Assembly (NCBI GenBank): GCA_964501355.1
Contig: CAZCSM010000009.1
Location: forward strand, 1 to 63,108
Reading direction: 5' to 3'
Origin: an uncultured Candidatus Saccharibacteria bacterium
GTDB taxonomy: Bacteria; Patescibacteriota; Dojkabacteria; CAZCSM01
DNA length: 63,108 nucleotides
Shown: positions 28,131-38,216 of the stretch, in pieces
Layout: every line of letters begins with the position of its first letter
How positions within the stretch are numbered: position 1 is the stretch's first letter
The notes under the pieces: generated by a model
What the model was told of the DNA's origin: nothing
What the model saw: the letters and a program-made list of their open reading frames with translations, nothing else
The model's database searches: none
Made by a program: the position numbers and the translations under genes

Positions 28131-28697
28131 CTATCTTTTTACATTAACATCTAGACCTTTACGAGTATTAGGTAAGTAGATGACTTCGCAGAAATCATAA
28201 TCTTTATAAAAAAGATAATCTTCCCGCGAGATATTTATTCTTTCACTACCGTTTATCACTACATATCTTGCGACGGAATGACGACCCCTTGTGTATGTAA
28301 ATTCACAAGTACCGGAATATTCCTCATATCCGGCAATTTCGTCTTTTATCAGATTAAGTGTATTATAAACCCCAAAAGCTGCAAACAATCCAAACGCAAA
28401 TAGCGCAAAGACGAACTCCACAAACTTTATTTTTTTAGCATTTCTCTTCTTCCTTTTTTCCGAAAAAACACTAAAGGGAAAGATTGAACAAGCTATCACT
28501 ACGATTGTCCAATAAACAATTTCTAAGAAAAGAAGAATTCTCCAATTTTTGATGCTCAAAACTTCAATTACCCAGAACGGATATAAAAACGTTACCACGA
28601 TGATTCCAGTTATTAACAAAGTAAAACACAACCAAAAAATCATCTGGACGATGGGTTTTTGTTTTTGTATGTCTTTAAAAATTGGAAATATTTTCAT
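28131..28697 (-). CDS. polytopic membrane protein, last gene of the surface-protein cluster
   Basis: 188 aa with about 4 TM helices, then a ~70-aa soluble C-terminal domain. It starts 23 nt after the 1458-aa gene stop. Confidence 0.5.
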   Translation of the reverse strand: MKIFPIFKDIQKQKPIVQMIFWLCFTLLITGIIVVTFLYPFWVIEVLSIKNWRILLFLEIVYWTIVVIACSIFPFSVFSEKRKKRNAKKIKFVEFVFALFAFGLFAAFGVYNTLNLIKDEIAGYEEYSGTCEFTYTRGRHSVARYVVINGSERINISREDYLFYKDYDFCEVIYLPNTRKGLDVNVKR

Positions 28698-28720
28698 TTG
28701 AATAAATAATCAATTATTCG

Positions 28721-31700
28721 TTATTCATCCGGAATTGCAGTAACAATGCTAATGCCCGAATGTGTAAAAGCGGTTACCCCGCTTGGGATTGCAATTCCCC
28801 ATTCCAAATCAAGTGTCGCATTCGAAGGGTGTGAAGTCGGCTTTGTCAGGTTGGTATCAACAGAACTTGTAGTTGCAGATAAGACACTTCCAGAACCATA
28901 TGTAAATGGTGTTGTGGAATACTGCTGATTTTCGACTGGAATTACAGAAGCACTACACGTCGGGTAATCTGTACACAAATTCGAGCCTGATAAACTTAAA
29001 TCAATTGTTCCGTTTCCGGTATTTGTAATCGTTGTCGCATAGTTAGTAGAACCGGTATTTGTTCCTTTATCCAAGGTTTCATAATAAAGGGTGTCTTGTG
29101 CTGACATAGCAATAAGTGTTGCCATCTCGATTGTATCTGTATCTGCTGTTCCTGCACCAACTGTATCAGTTGGTGTCACTTGACACGTCCAGTCATCTGC
29201 TACATATGTCCCTGCATCTGTCGGATCTGCGTGATACCAGACGTTAAATGTGCAAGTGTAATCTTGTGTTAATCCACTACCGTTTGATGGAACACAGTTT
29301 GTGTTCCCACTTACTGTGTAGTGATTGTTATTATCATCTGTTGCTGAATATCCTACTCCTGTTCTGTATAAGTGTGCTCTTGCATATTGTATATTTCCAT
29401 ATCCATCTTCATCAGTTATTGTTGCTGTACAAGTCACTTCTGTTGTTGTTCCCTCGGTTAGATTAATAGCTAATGCATCTGCGTTAATTGAGACATTACT
29501 CGTGACAGGTAGTACGTTACCACCTGTGGTTGTGAATGAAACTATATCTCCATAAAATATCTTGTTATCTCCTCTTTTGAAAAAGGCTCTTGTGTAGTAA
29601 GTTGTTGCGATATCTAAACCAGTTAAAGCTGTTGTGAATGTTCCTGTTGTTGTTTTTGCCCCATTATCGTAAAATAGTTCATACCCAACCCCCTCTCGTC
29701 CCGAACCAGAGCTATAGAGATAGTCAATTTCGTCCTGATTTAAAGCTCTATCAAATATTCTGAAATCATCTATTTCACCAGAAAACCTTCCTGCACCACC
29801 GTTATTAATATTTCCAATATTAAAGGTGGTCCATGCGAATGCACTCGAAGTTGAGCCTACAGCAGTTTCAATATGCACTCCGTTTCTATAGTAAGTTATT
29901 CTTCGATTACCCATAACAAAATCAAAAGTAAAAACTAAGTGATACCACTGATTAGCGGTAAGTCCTAAAGATACAGAAGGGCTTGCATTGTGCCATTCAA
30001 CTGAACCCGTGTTGTAATTTCTTAAGACATTAGTAGCCACAGGTGCCGAGTCAAACATTCCAACAGGTGTTGCTGAATCTGAATTTACCCAGAAGGCAAT
30101 TGTTATTGGCAATGTAGGCTTGGGAATAGTTGCGGAAATAACATCATTCACTCCGTCAAGCGTAAGCGCGGAATTAATAACGCCTGTAACAGAGTGTGAA
30201 CTTGTGTAGTTGTCTGTTCCTCCTCCGCCAGTAAAGGTCGCATTGTAATTACCCATAAAGTCTTCAACGATTGAATTGTCTTCATTATCATTCATCTTCC
30301 ATTCAACAATAGGATCTAGGTATGCAGCTGTTGTATCTGTTGTAACTAATTGTCCGTGTTCTTGAGCGTAGTAATATCCAAATGATGATAGATTTGCATT
30401 CCCTACTCCTGAGTTTTCATTAATGTCTGTTACGGCACTCGTCGAAATTGTTGGAATTCTAAATTCTGTTGTTGCAAATGGACAATAATCTATTGGTCTG
30501 GTTGCGGTATCATTGACAGGGTTATTTAAAGTTAGATTTTGCCCACATTGCCCTCCTGCATCTGTATCATTAGGTCCGTCCAATCCTCCCCACCATAAGT
30601 TTTCGGCTAAGATTATAGTTGTCGTATTGTTGAAAAGACCATACGTTTTATTTTCAATATTTAAAGATGTGAGAGTTGGTGATACTGTTCCAGCCTGATG
30701 GTATATACCGTGTGTGTTGTATCTAAAGTTAGAATTAGTTATGGAAACATTGGTAGAACCGTTGTTGTAGATTCCATACCTTCCATATGACAAATCAAGA
30801 TAGTTTATAGTGTGAGTACCTGTTCCAGATAATGAAATATCCCGCCAGTTGCTAGTAGTGGGCATGGTTGCATTACCATCATTGTTAGTATCGCCTCCGA
30901 TAAAATCATTGAAGGTTGATGTTATATATACCATGTTATTTTGCTCTCCGTTTATATTAAGACTTGCACCATTGCTTATCGTAAGTGTCGACAAACTTAC
31001 ATTAAGAACTTTTATTACGACTCCTCCTTCTAGATTTAATTGGTTCGGGGCTCCGCTTACAGTGTAGTTGCCATATTGCAAATATGAAATGTTCTCTATC
31101 CCAGCAAAATTCCGCTGTGTTATTGCACAAATGTTTGATGGACAGGATGAGGTGGAACCTGAAGCCAATCCGTACATAATTGCGTTGTAGCTATTTGAGT
31201 TAGATCCAAATCCTAGCACATCTACATTGACACCTGAACCAAGCAGAGCAGAACCTGAATTGGGAGCCACTTCTATGATTGCAGTATTTTTAATGAAGTT
31301 ATTTCTTGCCGTTGTTAAATTTCCAAGATCTACTACGGATGCTCCTACTATATTACTTTCAAGATGTGAGTCTGTTATTGTTAAAGAGCTACCTAAACCA
31401 TCGGCTCTAGCGCCATGTTTTGTATATAGGATTTTTGTGTAGGTAATTGTTCCCGTCCCTCCACCATAAACACGAATATTATCCAAGTATCCAACCGCAG
31501 GAGTTGTAGAGCTACCATCATTATTTGTATCCCCACCATGAACATCATCTCTGTGGTCGGTAAATATAATTGGTTGCGATGCTGTCCCATTCATTTCTAA
31601 AGTAGAACCATTTACAGCAAGTGTTACAGCACTCCATACTAAACCCTTAATTATAACCCCTTCATCAACTATTAGACGGTTAGAACTTCCACTAACTGTA

Positions 31701-33097
31701 TATCCTGTGTATTGCAGATAGGGTATATTGCTAATTCCAGCAAATGTTCTCTGTGGTATACGACAAATATTTGACGGACAAACGGAAGCTGCACTAGACA
31801 GTGTTCCATAACCAATAGCATTGTACGCATTAAGGTCAGTTCCTGTACCCAAAATATCTGCATTGGCTCCTGTTCCTAAGCTTACGGTTCCTGAATCCAA
31901 AGATATTTCTATTGGAACTCTAGTATTTTTAATGAAGTTATTTCTTGCTGTTGTTAAATTCGCAAGGTTATCCACTGTAACGCCCAGCAGATTACTTTCA
32001 AGATGTGAGTCTGTTATTGTTAAAGAGCTACCTAAACCATCTGCCCTAGCGCCATGTTTTGTATATAGGATTTTTGTGTAGGTAATTGTTCCCGTCCCTC
32101 CACCATAAACACGAATATTATCCAAGTATCCAACCGCAGGAGTTGTAGAGCTACCATCATTATTTGTATCCCCACCATGAACATCATCTCTGTGGTCGGT
32201 AAATATAATTGGTTGCGATGCTGTCCCATTCATTTCTAAAGTAGAACCATTTACAGCAAGTGTTACAGCACTCCATACTAAACCCTTAATTATAACCCCT
32301 TCATCAACTATTAGACGGTTAGAACTTCCACTAACTGTATATCCTGTGTATTGCAGATAGGGTATATTGCTAATTCCAGCAAATGTTCTCTGTGGTATAC
32401 GACAAATATTTGACGGACAAACGGAAGCTGCACTAGACAGTGTTCCATAACCAATAGCATTGTACGCATTAAGGTCAGTTCCTGTACCCAAAATATCTGC
32501 ATTGGCTCCTGTTCCTAAGCTTACGGTTCCTGAATCTGGTGCGATCTCAATCGGTGTCCTATCATTCTTGTTAAACACATTTCTATTTGTTGTGAAAGAT
32601 CCTATTGCATAAGATGCTATGCCTAAACGGTTGCTTTCAAAAAGCGAATCATTTATTGTGGCTGTTGATCCATTATCAAAAACCCTTACTCCCGAATTGG
32701 CATAACGAAATATTCCGTAATTAATTGTTCCCGTGCCTCCAGCGTAGAGGTATACTCCCTGCCAAGCTGCGACTGCCGTTGATGTGTGATGAGTAAATAA
32801 AACTTCATTTCCACTGGTGCCATTTACATTTAAGGTTCCCGCAACTCTTAAATAAAAGTTTCCATTAGATCTTACTTCAACACCGGGTTGTATTGTTAAG
32901 GTAACACCACTATTTACAGTGAGATTATTTGTTAATATATATCTATTTCCAGTAGTCCATGTTGTGTTAGTACTTATCGTCCCGCTCACATCATAATCAA
33001 GTGCATCTGCCTTCCATGAAAACACAAACAACCCCAGCGTAAAGATGGGAATTGTCATCAAAATTATTTGTAGTAGTCTTTTAACAGCCGATCTCAT
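28721..33097 (-). CDS. giant secreted surface protein: signal peptide, 3 beta-helix-like modules, LamG-like domain, Ig-like domains, shared C-terminal module
   Basis: 1458 aa. Signal/anchor LLQIILMTIPIFTLGLFVFSWKADA. Three modules each contain C-P-S-N-I-C..QRTFAGISNIPY and GGDTNNDG strings. LamG-like segment LTLDGVNDVISATIPKPTLPITIAFWVNSD...GEIDDFRIFDRALNQDEIDYLY. The C-terminal 139 aa are shared with three neighbours. Confidence 0.85.
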   Translation of the reverse strand: MRSAVKRLLQIILMTIPIFTLGLFVFSWKADALDYDVSGTISTNTTWTTGNRYILTNNLTVNSGVTLTIQPGVEVRSNGNFYLRVAGTLNVNGTSGNEVLFTHHTSTAVAAWQGVYLYAGGTGTINYGIFRYANSGVRVFDNGSTATINDSLFESNRLGIASYAIGSFTTNRNVFNKNDRTPIEIAPDSGTVSLGTGANADILGTGTDLNAYNAIGYGTLSSAASVCPSNICRIPQRTFAGISNIPYLQYTGYTVSGSSNRLIVDEGVIIKGLVWSAVTLAVNGSTLEMNGTASQPIIFTDHRDDVHGGDTNNDGSSTTPAVGYLDNIRVYGGGTGTITYTKILYTKHGARADGLGSSLTITDSHLESNLLGVTVDNLANLTTARNNFIKNTRVPIEISLDSGTVSLGTGANADILGTGTDLNAYNAIGYGTLSSAASVCPSNICRIPQRTFAGISNIPYLQYTGYTVSGSSNRLIVDEGVIIKGLVWSAVTLAVNGSTLEMNGTASQPIIFTDHRDDVHGGDTNNDGSSTTPAVGYLDNIRVYGGGTGTITYTKILYTKHGARADGLGSSLTITDSHLESNIVGASVVDLGNLTTARNNFIKNTAIIEVAPNSGSALLGSGVNVDVLGFGSNSNSYNAIMYGLASGSTSSCPSNICAITQRNFAGIENISYLQYGNYTVSGAPNQLNLEGGVVIKVLNVSLSTLTISNGASLNINGEQNNMVYITSTFNDFIGGDTNNDGNATMPTTSNWRDISLSGTGTHTINYLDLSYGRYGIYNNGSTNVSITNSNFRYNTHGIYHQAGTVSPTLTSLNIENKTYGLFNNTTTIILAENLWWGGLDGPNDTDAGGQCGQNLTLNNPVNDTATRPIDYCPFATTEFRIPTISTSAVTDINENSGVGNANLSSFGYYYAQEHGQLVTTDTTAAYLDPIVEWKMNDNEDNSIVEDFMGNYNATFTGGGGTDNYTSSHSVTGVINSALTLDGVNDVISATIPKPTLPITIAFWVNSDSATPVGMFDSAPVATNVLRNYNTGSVEWHNASPSVSLGLTANQWYHLVFTFDFVMGNRRITYYRNGVHIETAVGSTSSAFAWTTFNIGNINNGGAGRFSGEIDDFRIFDRALNQDEIDYLYSSGSGREGVGYELFYDNGAKTTTGTFTTALTGLDIATTYYTRAFFKRGDNKIFYGDIVSFTTTGGNVLPVTSNVSINADALAINLTEGTTTEVTCTATITDEDGYGNIQYARAHLYRTGVGYSATDDNNNHYTVSGNTNCVPSNGSGLTQDYTCTFNVWYHADPTDAGTYVADDWTCQVTPTDTVGAGTADTDTIEMATLIAMSAQDTLYYETLDKGTNTGSTNYATTITNTGNGTIDLSLSGSNLCTDYPTCSASVIPVENQQYSTTPFTYGSGSVLSATTSSVDTNLTKPTSHPSNATLDLEWGIAIPSGVTAFTHSGISIVTAIPDE
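31352..31897. repeat. 546-bp direct repeat, copy A (intragenic)
   Basis: Identical to 31991..32536 except at two positions (31403 and 31406). The offset is exactly 639 bp (213 codons). Confidence 0.9.
31991..32536. repeat. 546-bp direct repeat, copy B (intragenic)
   Basis: See copy A. The shadow ORFs 31393..31590/32032..32229 and 31672..31863/32311..32502 in the track are duplicates at the same 639-bp offset. Confidence 0.9.
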
Positions 33098-33156
33098 TAA
33101 GTTCCCATCCTAAACTCGTTGTTATTTATTAATATAATTGTACACGTTTTCAGTAA

Positions 33157-36100
33157 TTAATCAGTAGGAATTGCAGTGAAAATATTCTCTCCGTGATGAA
33201 CATATCCCAATGCGTATGATGGAACACTGATTCCCCATTCCAGATCAAAGGTTGCATTCGAAGGATTCGCAGTAGGTTTTGTTAAATTAATATCAACAGG
33301 AGTTGAGCTTGCTGACAGAACACTACCGGAACCATAGGTGAATGGTGTTGTAGAGTATTGTTGATTATTGACTGTGATTATTGATCCGCTGCATGTCGGA
33401 TAATCTGTGCACATATCAGATCCTGATACTTGAATATCTATTTCACCGTTTCCGGTATTTGTAATTGTGGTTTCAAAATTTGTAGAACCGGTGTTGTTCC
33501 CCCTATCCAAGCTATCATAATCCAATGAATCGGCTGCTGACATCGCGATAAGTGTTGCCATCTCAATTGTATCTGTATCTGATGTTCCCGCTCCAACAGT
33601 ATCAGTTGGTGTTACCTGACACGTCCAATCATCTGTTTCGTATGTCCCTGCATCTGTTGGATCTGCATGATAATATACATTAAATGTACACGTGTAATAT
33701 TCTACTGATCCTGATCCTCCTGATGGTACACACTCTGAATCTCCGGACACAGTGTAATGATTATTGTCATCGTCTGCTGATGATTCGCCTACTCCTGTTC
33801 TGAATAGCTTTGCTTCAACTGATGTAATATTCCCGTATCCATCTACATCTGCTACTGTTGCTGTACAAACGACTTCAGTCGTTGTTGATTCAGTGAGTGT
33901 TATTTCCGTTGCATCTGCATCGATTGAAACATTGCTTGCTACAGGAAGACTATTTCCTCCAGTTGTTGTAAAGTTTACAACATCTCCATACATATGGAGT
34001 CCATCGGTTCTATTTACAAATGCTCGCGTATAGTATGTTGTCGCTTCTTCTAGACTCGTAAGACTAGTTGTGTAGACTCCCGTTGTTAGCTTCTGTCCGT
34101 TATCATAAAAGACTTCGTAACCGAGGCCCTCATGTCCATCTCCAGAGTTGTATAAATAATCGATCTCAGCTTGATTTAGCGAGTAATCAAATATTCGGAA
34201 ATCATCTATTTCTCCTGCAAACCTACCAGCACTTCCGTTGTTTATGTTTCCAATATTAAAAGTTGTCCATCCAAACGACGTAGTATCTGAACCCACTGCA
34301 ATTTGCTGTAATGTGCCATTTCTATAATATGTAAGTCGGCGTTTTCCACCATAAATCTCATATACAAAAGTTAAGTGATACCAAGTATCTGCCGTCAAAT
34401 TTAAAGTTACTTCAGGATCATTACTGTGCCATTCAACTTTTCCAGCTTCATAGTTTCTGAATACGTATCCAACGTTAGGGCCAGAGTCAAACATTCCAAC
34501 AGGATCATCTACATCTGAATTGACCCAAAATGCTATCGTTATCGGAAGACTTGGTTTTGGTATTGTTGCTGATACTACATCGTTTACTCCATCAAATGTT
34601 AATGCTGAATCTATTACCCCTGTTACGCTATGTGAGCTTGTATAGTTATCTGTTCCTCCTCCTCCTGTAAACGTTGCATTGTAGTTACCCATGAAATCTG
34701 TAACCACTGAATCGTCTGCATTATCGTCCATTTGCCATTCTACAATAGGATCAAGATAAACGATTTGATTGCTAGTTGAAAGCAGTTGTCCATGATTCAA
34801 TGCATGATAATATCCATATGATGAAATATTGGCATTTCCAACACCCGAATTTTCATTCACATCTGTTACTGAATTTGTTGTAAGAGTCGGGATTCTGAAT
34901 TCGGTGGTTGCAAATGGACAATAGTCTATAGGGTGTGATGCATCGTCATTAACGCTATTATTAAGTGTTGAATTAATACTGCATTGCCCACCAGCATCTG
35001 CATCATTCGGACCATCGGCCGCCCCCCACCATAGATTTTCCATGGTAAGAACAGTGGAAGTGTTATTATAATAACCGTAACTATAATTGTTGACTATATT
35101 TAAGGCGCTAAATGTGGGAGCAGAACCACTGTTAAAATAGCCGCCGTATGTATTAATTCTAGAATTTGAATTGCTTATTGTTACATTAGTTGCGGTATTG
35201 TTGAAGTAAGCAGTATGACCATAAGAAATATCAACATAATCTAATGAGTGAGTCCCCGCCCCCCTTAAATCGAGACTATTCCAATCAGCTCGAGAAGGCA
35301 ATGTTGCAGTACCATCGTTATTGGTATCACCTCCGATATAATCGTTCTTGAGTGATGTAAAATAAACCATATTATTCAAAGTTCCATTAACATCTAAAGA
35401 AGCACCGCTAGTTACTACTAGATCTACATTAGAGGTTGATTTCATGATAACACCGGGATCGAAAACAACAGTATCATCACTTCCATTAAACGTATAATCA
35501 CTATTCATATGATATGGCCAGTTTGTAATACCTGCAAAAGTTTTTTGATCAAATGTGCAGATGTTAGAAATACAATCATCAGTGCCTGTATCAGTCCAAC
35601 CTGTCAAGATCACATTATTTGAATTTGCGTTAGCGTCGGTACCAACGATATCCGTACTTGCGCCTGAACCTAAAGACAATGATACGTAATCGGGGTTTAA
35701 CTCAATAGGAGCGATTGACTGTTTGTTGAATGTGTTTCTTGCCGTCGTCAATGAAGCATGTTCATAAATAGATATTCCCGTCTGACAACTTTCAAAGAGA
35801 GAGTCCTGAACGGTCGCAGAAGAGTAGTCATAAACTCTTAACCCCCTATCCGCATAGTAGATTTTTGAATAATCGACCGTAGCCGATGAACTGTTTGCCG
35901 CCATTATACTATCCCATTCTCCAATTGATGGGGTTGTAGCGGACCCATCATTGTTGGTATCACCACCAAAAGTATCATCATACTCAGAAGTAAATATGAC
36001 CTCATTCCCTTCTGAACCATTTACGTCCAAAGATGTTCCTGCTCTAACACGCAAGTAACCGTTAGTAAAAGATATTCTCCTGAATTTTATAATAACGCCA

Positions 36101-38205
36101 GGGTCTATTTCCAGTTTCGCTCCGGCGGTAGAATCAGATATTTCATAATTATCGTAGATGACGTATGGAATATTACTTATTCCAGCAAATGTTCTCTGCG
36201 GAAATTCGCAAATATCCAATGGACACGAAGAGGATCCGGAATCACTATACCCAACCAGGATTCCATTGTAACCATTTATATCAGAACCCGTACCGATTAT
36301 ATCTACATTGGTACCGCTACCGAAGATTACAGTTAATACGTCCGGATTTAGGTCTATAGGGGCAAAAGTCAACTTTTTAAAGGTATTACGAGAGGTGGTC
36401 AATGAGGCCTGTTCAGATACTGAAATTCCGACACGCCCTAATTCGAAAAGTGTATCGTTAATAACAGCGCTAGATCCGGCACCGGTAACAATAAATCTGT
36501 CATGGTAAAATATCTTTGCATAGTCAACAGTAGCAGAACAATTTGCTGCAATACTAAAGCCAGTCCAATTACTGACAGAAGGAGATGTTGCTGAGGAGTC
36601 GTTATTTGTGTCTCCCGCAATAGTGTCATCATATTCAGATGTAAATATCACCTCATTACCTGAAGACCCATTTATGTCAAGATCGCAACCATTTTGTATT
36701 TGTAGAATAGCATTAGATAAAGGTAATTTTCGAACCTTGATGATAACACCTGCATCTATCTCTAATTTTGCACCTGCAGTAGGATCGTTTACGGTATACG
36801 AATCTATCATAACATAAGGGATGTTGCTTATTCCGGCAAATGTTCTCTGTGGAATATCGCAAATATTAGAAGGACAATCAGACGCGCCGCTATCATATAA
36901 GCTAATACCTATTGCGTTATAGCCATTAACATTTGCACCCGTACCCAAGACATCTGCATCAGATCCGGTGCCCAATGATATAGATAAAACATCAGGATTT
37001 AAAACAATTGGCGTATACGTCATTTTATTAAAGGTATTACGGGCAGTTGTTAGTGATGCGCGTTCATAAACATCAATACCCGTTTCGTTAAGCTCAAATA
37101 AACTGTCGTATATAGTAGCAGAAGTATTTGTTCCATTAACCTTTATAGATCTCTGATAATAAAATTTTCCGTAGTCAATTGTTGCCGTACAACCAGAATC
37201 AACAAAAATACCATACCAGTTTGTTGTACTTGGAGACGTTGCGGTTCCATCATTATTAGTATCACCACCCTGTGAATCATCGTATTCAGAGGTAAAGATT
37301 ACCTCGTTACCAGAAGATCCATTTATATCAAGGTCACAGCCACTTTGCACACTTAAATATCCATTTGACAAAGATAACTTTCTGCCCTTAACCAAAACGC
37401 CTCCGTCAATCTGAAGCTTTGCTCCAGAAGTTGAGTCATTAACCGTATATTGGTTAAGTATAATATATGAAATGTTACTTATACCGGCGAAAGTCCGCTG
37501 CGGAATTGAACAAATATCCGAGGGACAATTGTTTGAACCACTATCTGTAAGACCAATCCCAATTGCATTATACCCATTAACATCTGTGCCTGTGCCCAGA
37601 ACATCAGCATCGGTCCCTGCTCCTAGTGTTACAGAATACACATCCGTATTTAACTCTATCGGTGTATACAACTGCTTGTTAAAAGTATTTCTTGCTGTCG
37701 TCAATGACCCTCGTTCAAATACGGATATACCTAACTCACAGCTATTGAATAAAGAATCATTAACAGTTGCCGTTGCATTATCTTCGTAAATACGCAGCCC
37801 TGTATCTGCATAATAAAACTTCGCATAATCAATATACGCAGTACCGTTGTTTCTTATATACACACCGTACCAGGCACCAACGGTCGTTGATGTATGATGA
37901 GTAAATAGGACTTCACTGCCAATAGTTCCATTTACATCTAGTGTTCCATAAACTTGAAAATAATAATTCCCATTTGCACGAACTTCAACTCCGGGCTCTA
38001 CCGTAAGAGTAACTCCGCTTGCTACAGTAACATGTCCTGTCATAATATAGCGATTACCTGTTGTCCAGGTAGTATTTGTAGAAATAGTCCCTGTGACGTT
38101 GTAATCTGTCGCATCTGCCTTCCAAGAAAACACAAACAACCCAATTGCAAAGATTGGAATTGTCATCAATGTTATTTGTAGCAGTCTTTTACCGATCGTA
38201 CTCAT
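33157..38205 (-). CDS. giant secreted surface protein, paralogue of the 1458-aa protein with 4 beta-helix-like modules
   Basis: 1682 aa. The N-terminal ~110 aa and C-terminal ~650 aa are closely similar to the neighbour. There are four C-P-x-x-I-C...QRTFAGISNI modules, the same LamG-like segment and the same 139-aa C-terminal module. Confidence 0.85.
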   Translation of the reverse strand: MSTIGKRLLQITLMTIPIFAIGLFVFSWKADATDYNVTGTISTNTTWTTGNRYIMTGHVTVASGVTLTVEPGVEVRANGNYYFQVYGTLDVNGTIGSEVLFTHHTSTTVGAWYGVYIRNNGTAYIDYAKFYYADTGLRIYEDNATATVNDSLFNSCELGISVFERGSLTTARNTFNKQLYTPIELNTDVYSVTLGAGTDADVLGTGTDVNGYNAIGIGLTDSGSNNCPSDICSIPQRTFAGISNISYIILNQYTVNDSTSGAKLQIDGGVLVKGRKLSLSNGYLSVQSGCDLDINGSSGNEVIFTSEYDDSQGGDTNNDGTATSPSTTNWYGIFVDSGCTATIDYGKFYYQRSIKVNGTNTSATIYDSLFELNETGIDVYERASLTTARNTFNKMTYTPIVLNPDVLSISLGTGSDADVLGTGANVNGYNAIGISLYDSGASDCPSNICDIPQRTFAGISNIPYVMIDSYTVNDPTAGAKLEIDAGVIIKVRKLPLSNAILQIQNGCDLDINGSSGNEVIFTSEYDDTIAGDTNNDSSATSPSVSNWTGFSIAANCSATVDYAKIFYHDRFIVTGAGSSAVINDTLFELGRVGISVSEQASLTTSRNTFKKLTFAPIDLNPDVLTVIFGSGTNVDIIGTGSDINGYNGILVGYSDSGSSSCPLDICEFPQRTFAGISNIPYVIYDNYEISDSTAGAKLEIDPGVIIKFRRISFTNGYLRVRAGTSLDVNGSEGNEVIFTSEYDDTFGGDTNNDGSATTPSIGEWDSIMAANSSSATVDYSKIYYADRGLRVYDYSSATVQDSLFESCQTGISIYEHASLTTARNTFNKQSIAPIELNPDYVSLSLGSGASTDIVGTDANANSNNVILTGWTDTGTDDCISNICTFDQKTFAGITNWPYHMNSDYTFNGSDDTVVFDPGVIMKSTSNVDLVVTSGASLDVNGTLNNMVYFTSLKNDYIGGDTNNDGTATLPSRADWNSLDLRGAGTHSLDYVDISYGHTAYFNNTATNVTISNSNSRINTYGGYFNSGSAPTFSALNIVNNYSYGYYNNTSTVLTMENLWWGAADGPNDADAGGQCSINSTLNNSVNDDASHPIDYCPFATTEFRIPTLTTNSVTDVNENSGVGNANISSYGYYHALNHGQLLSTSNQIVYLDPIVEWQMDDNADDSVVTDFMGNYNATFTGGGGTDNYTSSHSVTGVIDSALTFDGVNDVVSATIPKPSLPITIAFWVNSDVDDPVGMFDSGPNVGYVFRNYEAGKVEWHSNDPEVTLNLTADTWYHLTFVYEIYGGKRRLTYYRNGTLQQIAVGSDTTSFGWTTFNIGNINNGSAGRFAGEIDDFRIFDYSLNQAEIDYLYNSGDGHEGLGYEVFYDNGQKLTTGVYTTSLTSLEEATTYYTRAFVNRTDGLHMYGDVVNFTTTGGNSLPVASNVSIDADATEITLTESTTTEVVCTATVADVDGYGNITSVEAKLFRTGVGESSADDDNNHYTVSGDSECVPSGGSGSVEYYTCTFNVYYHADPTDAGTYETDDWTCQVTPTDTVGAGTSDTDTIEMATLIAMSAADSLDYDSLDRGNNTGSTNFETTITNTGNGEIDIQVSGSDMCTDYPTCSGSIITVNNQQYSTTPFTYGSGSVLSASSTPVDINLTKPTANPSNATFDLEWGISVPSYALGYVHHGENIFTAIPTD

Positions 38206-38216
38206 GGAGTAACGAC

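Noticed and set aside
31352-32536. Possibility that the regularly spaced repeats or the 28-nt palindromes represent a CRISPR array
   Set aside because: Only two long (546-bp) copies exist, and they lie inside a CDS. The 28-nt palindromes are hundreds of bp apart with irregular spacing and inside genes. No cas genes are present.
29248-37789. Numerous 60-105-aa plus-strand ORFs inside the two giant minus-strand genes (e.g. 29248..29466, 31227..31442, 33764..34033, 37472..37789)
   Set aside because: They lie entirely antisense to, or out of frame within, long well-supported CDSs. They have low-complexity composition, and the duplicated ones simply mirror the 639-bp repeat. These are shadow ORFs.
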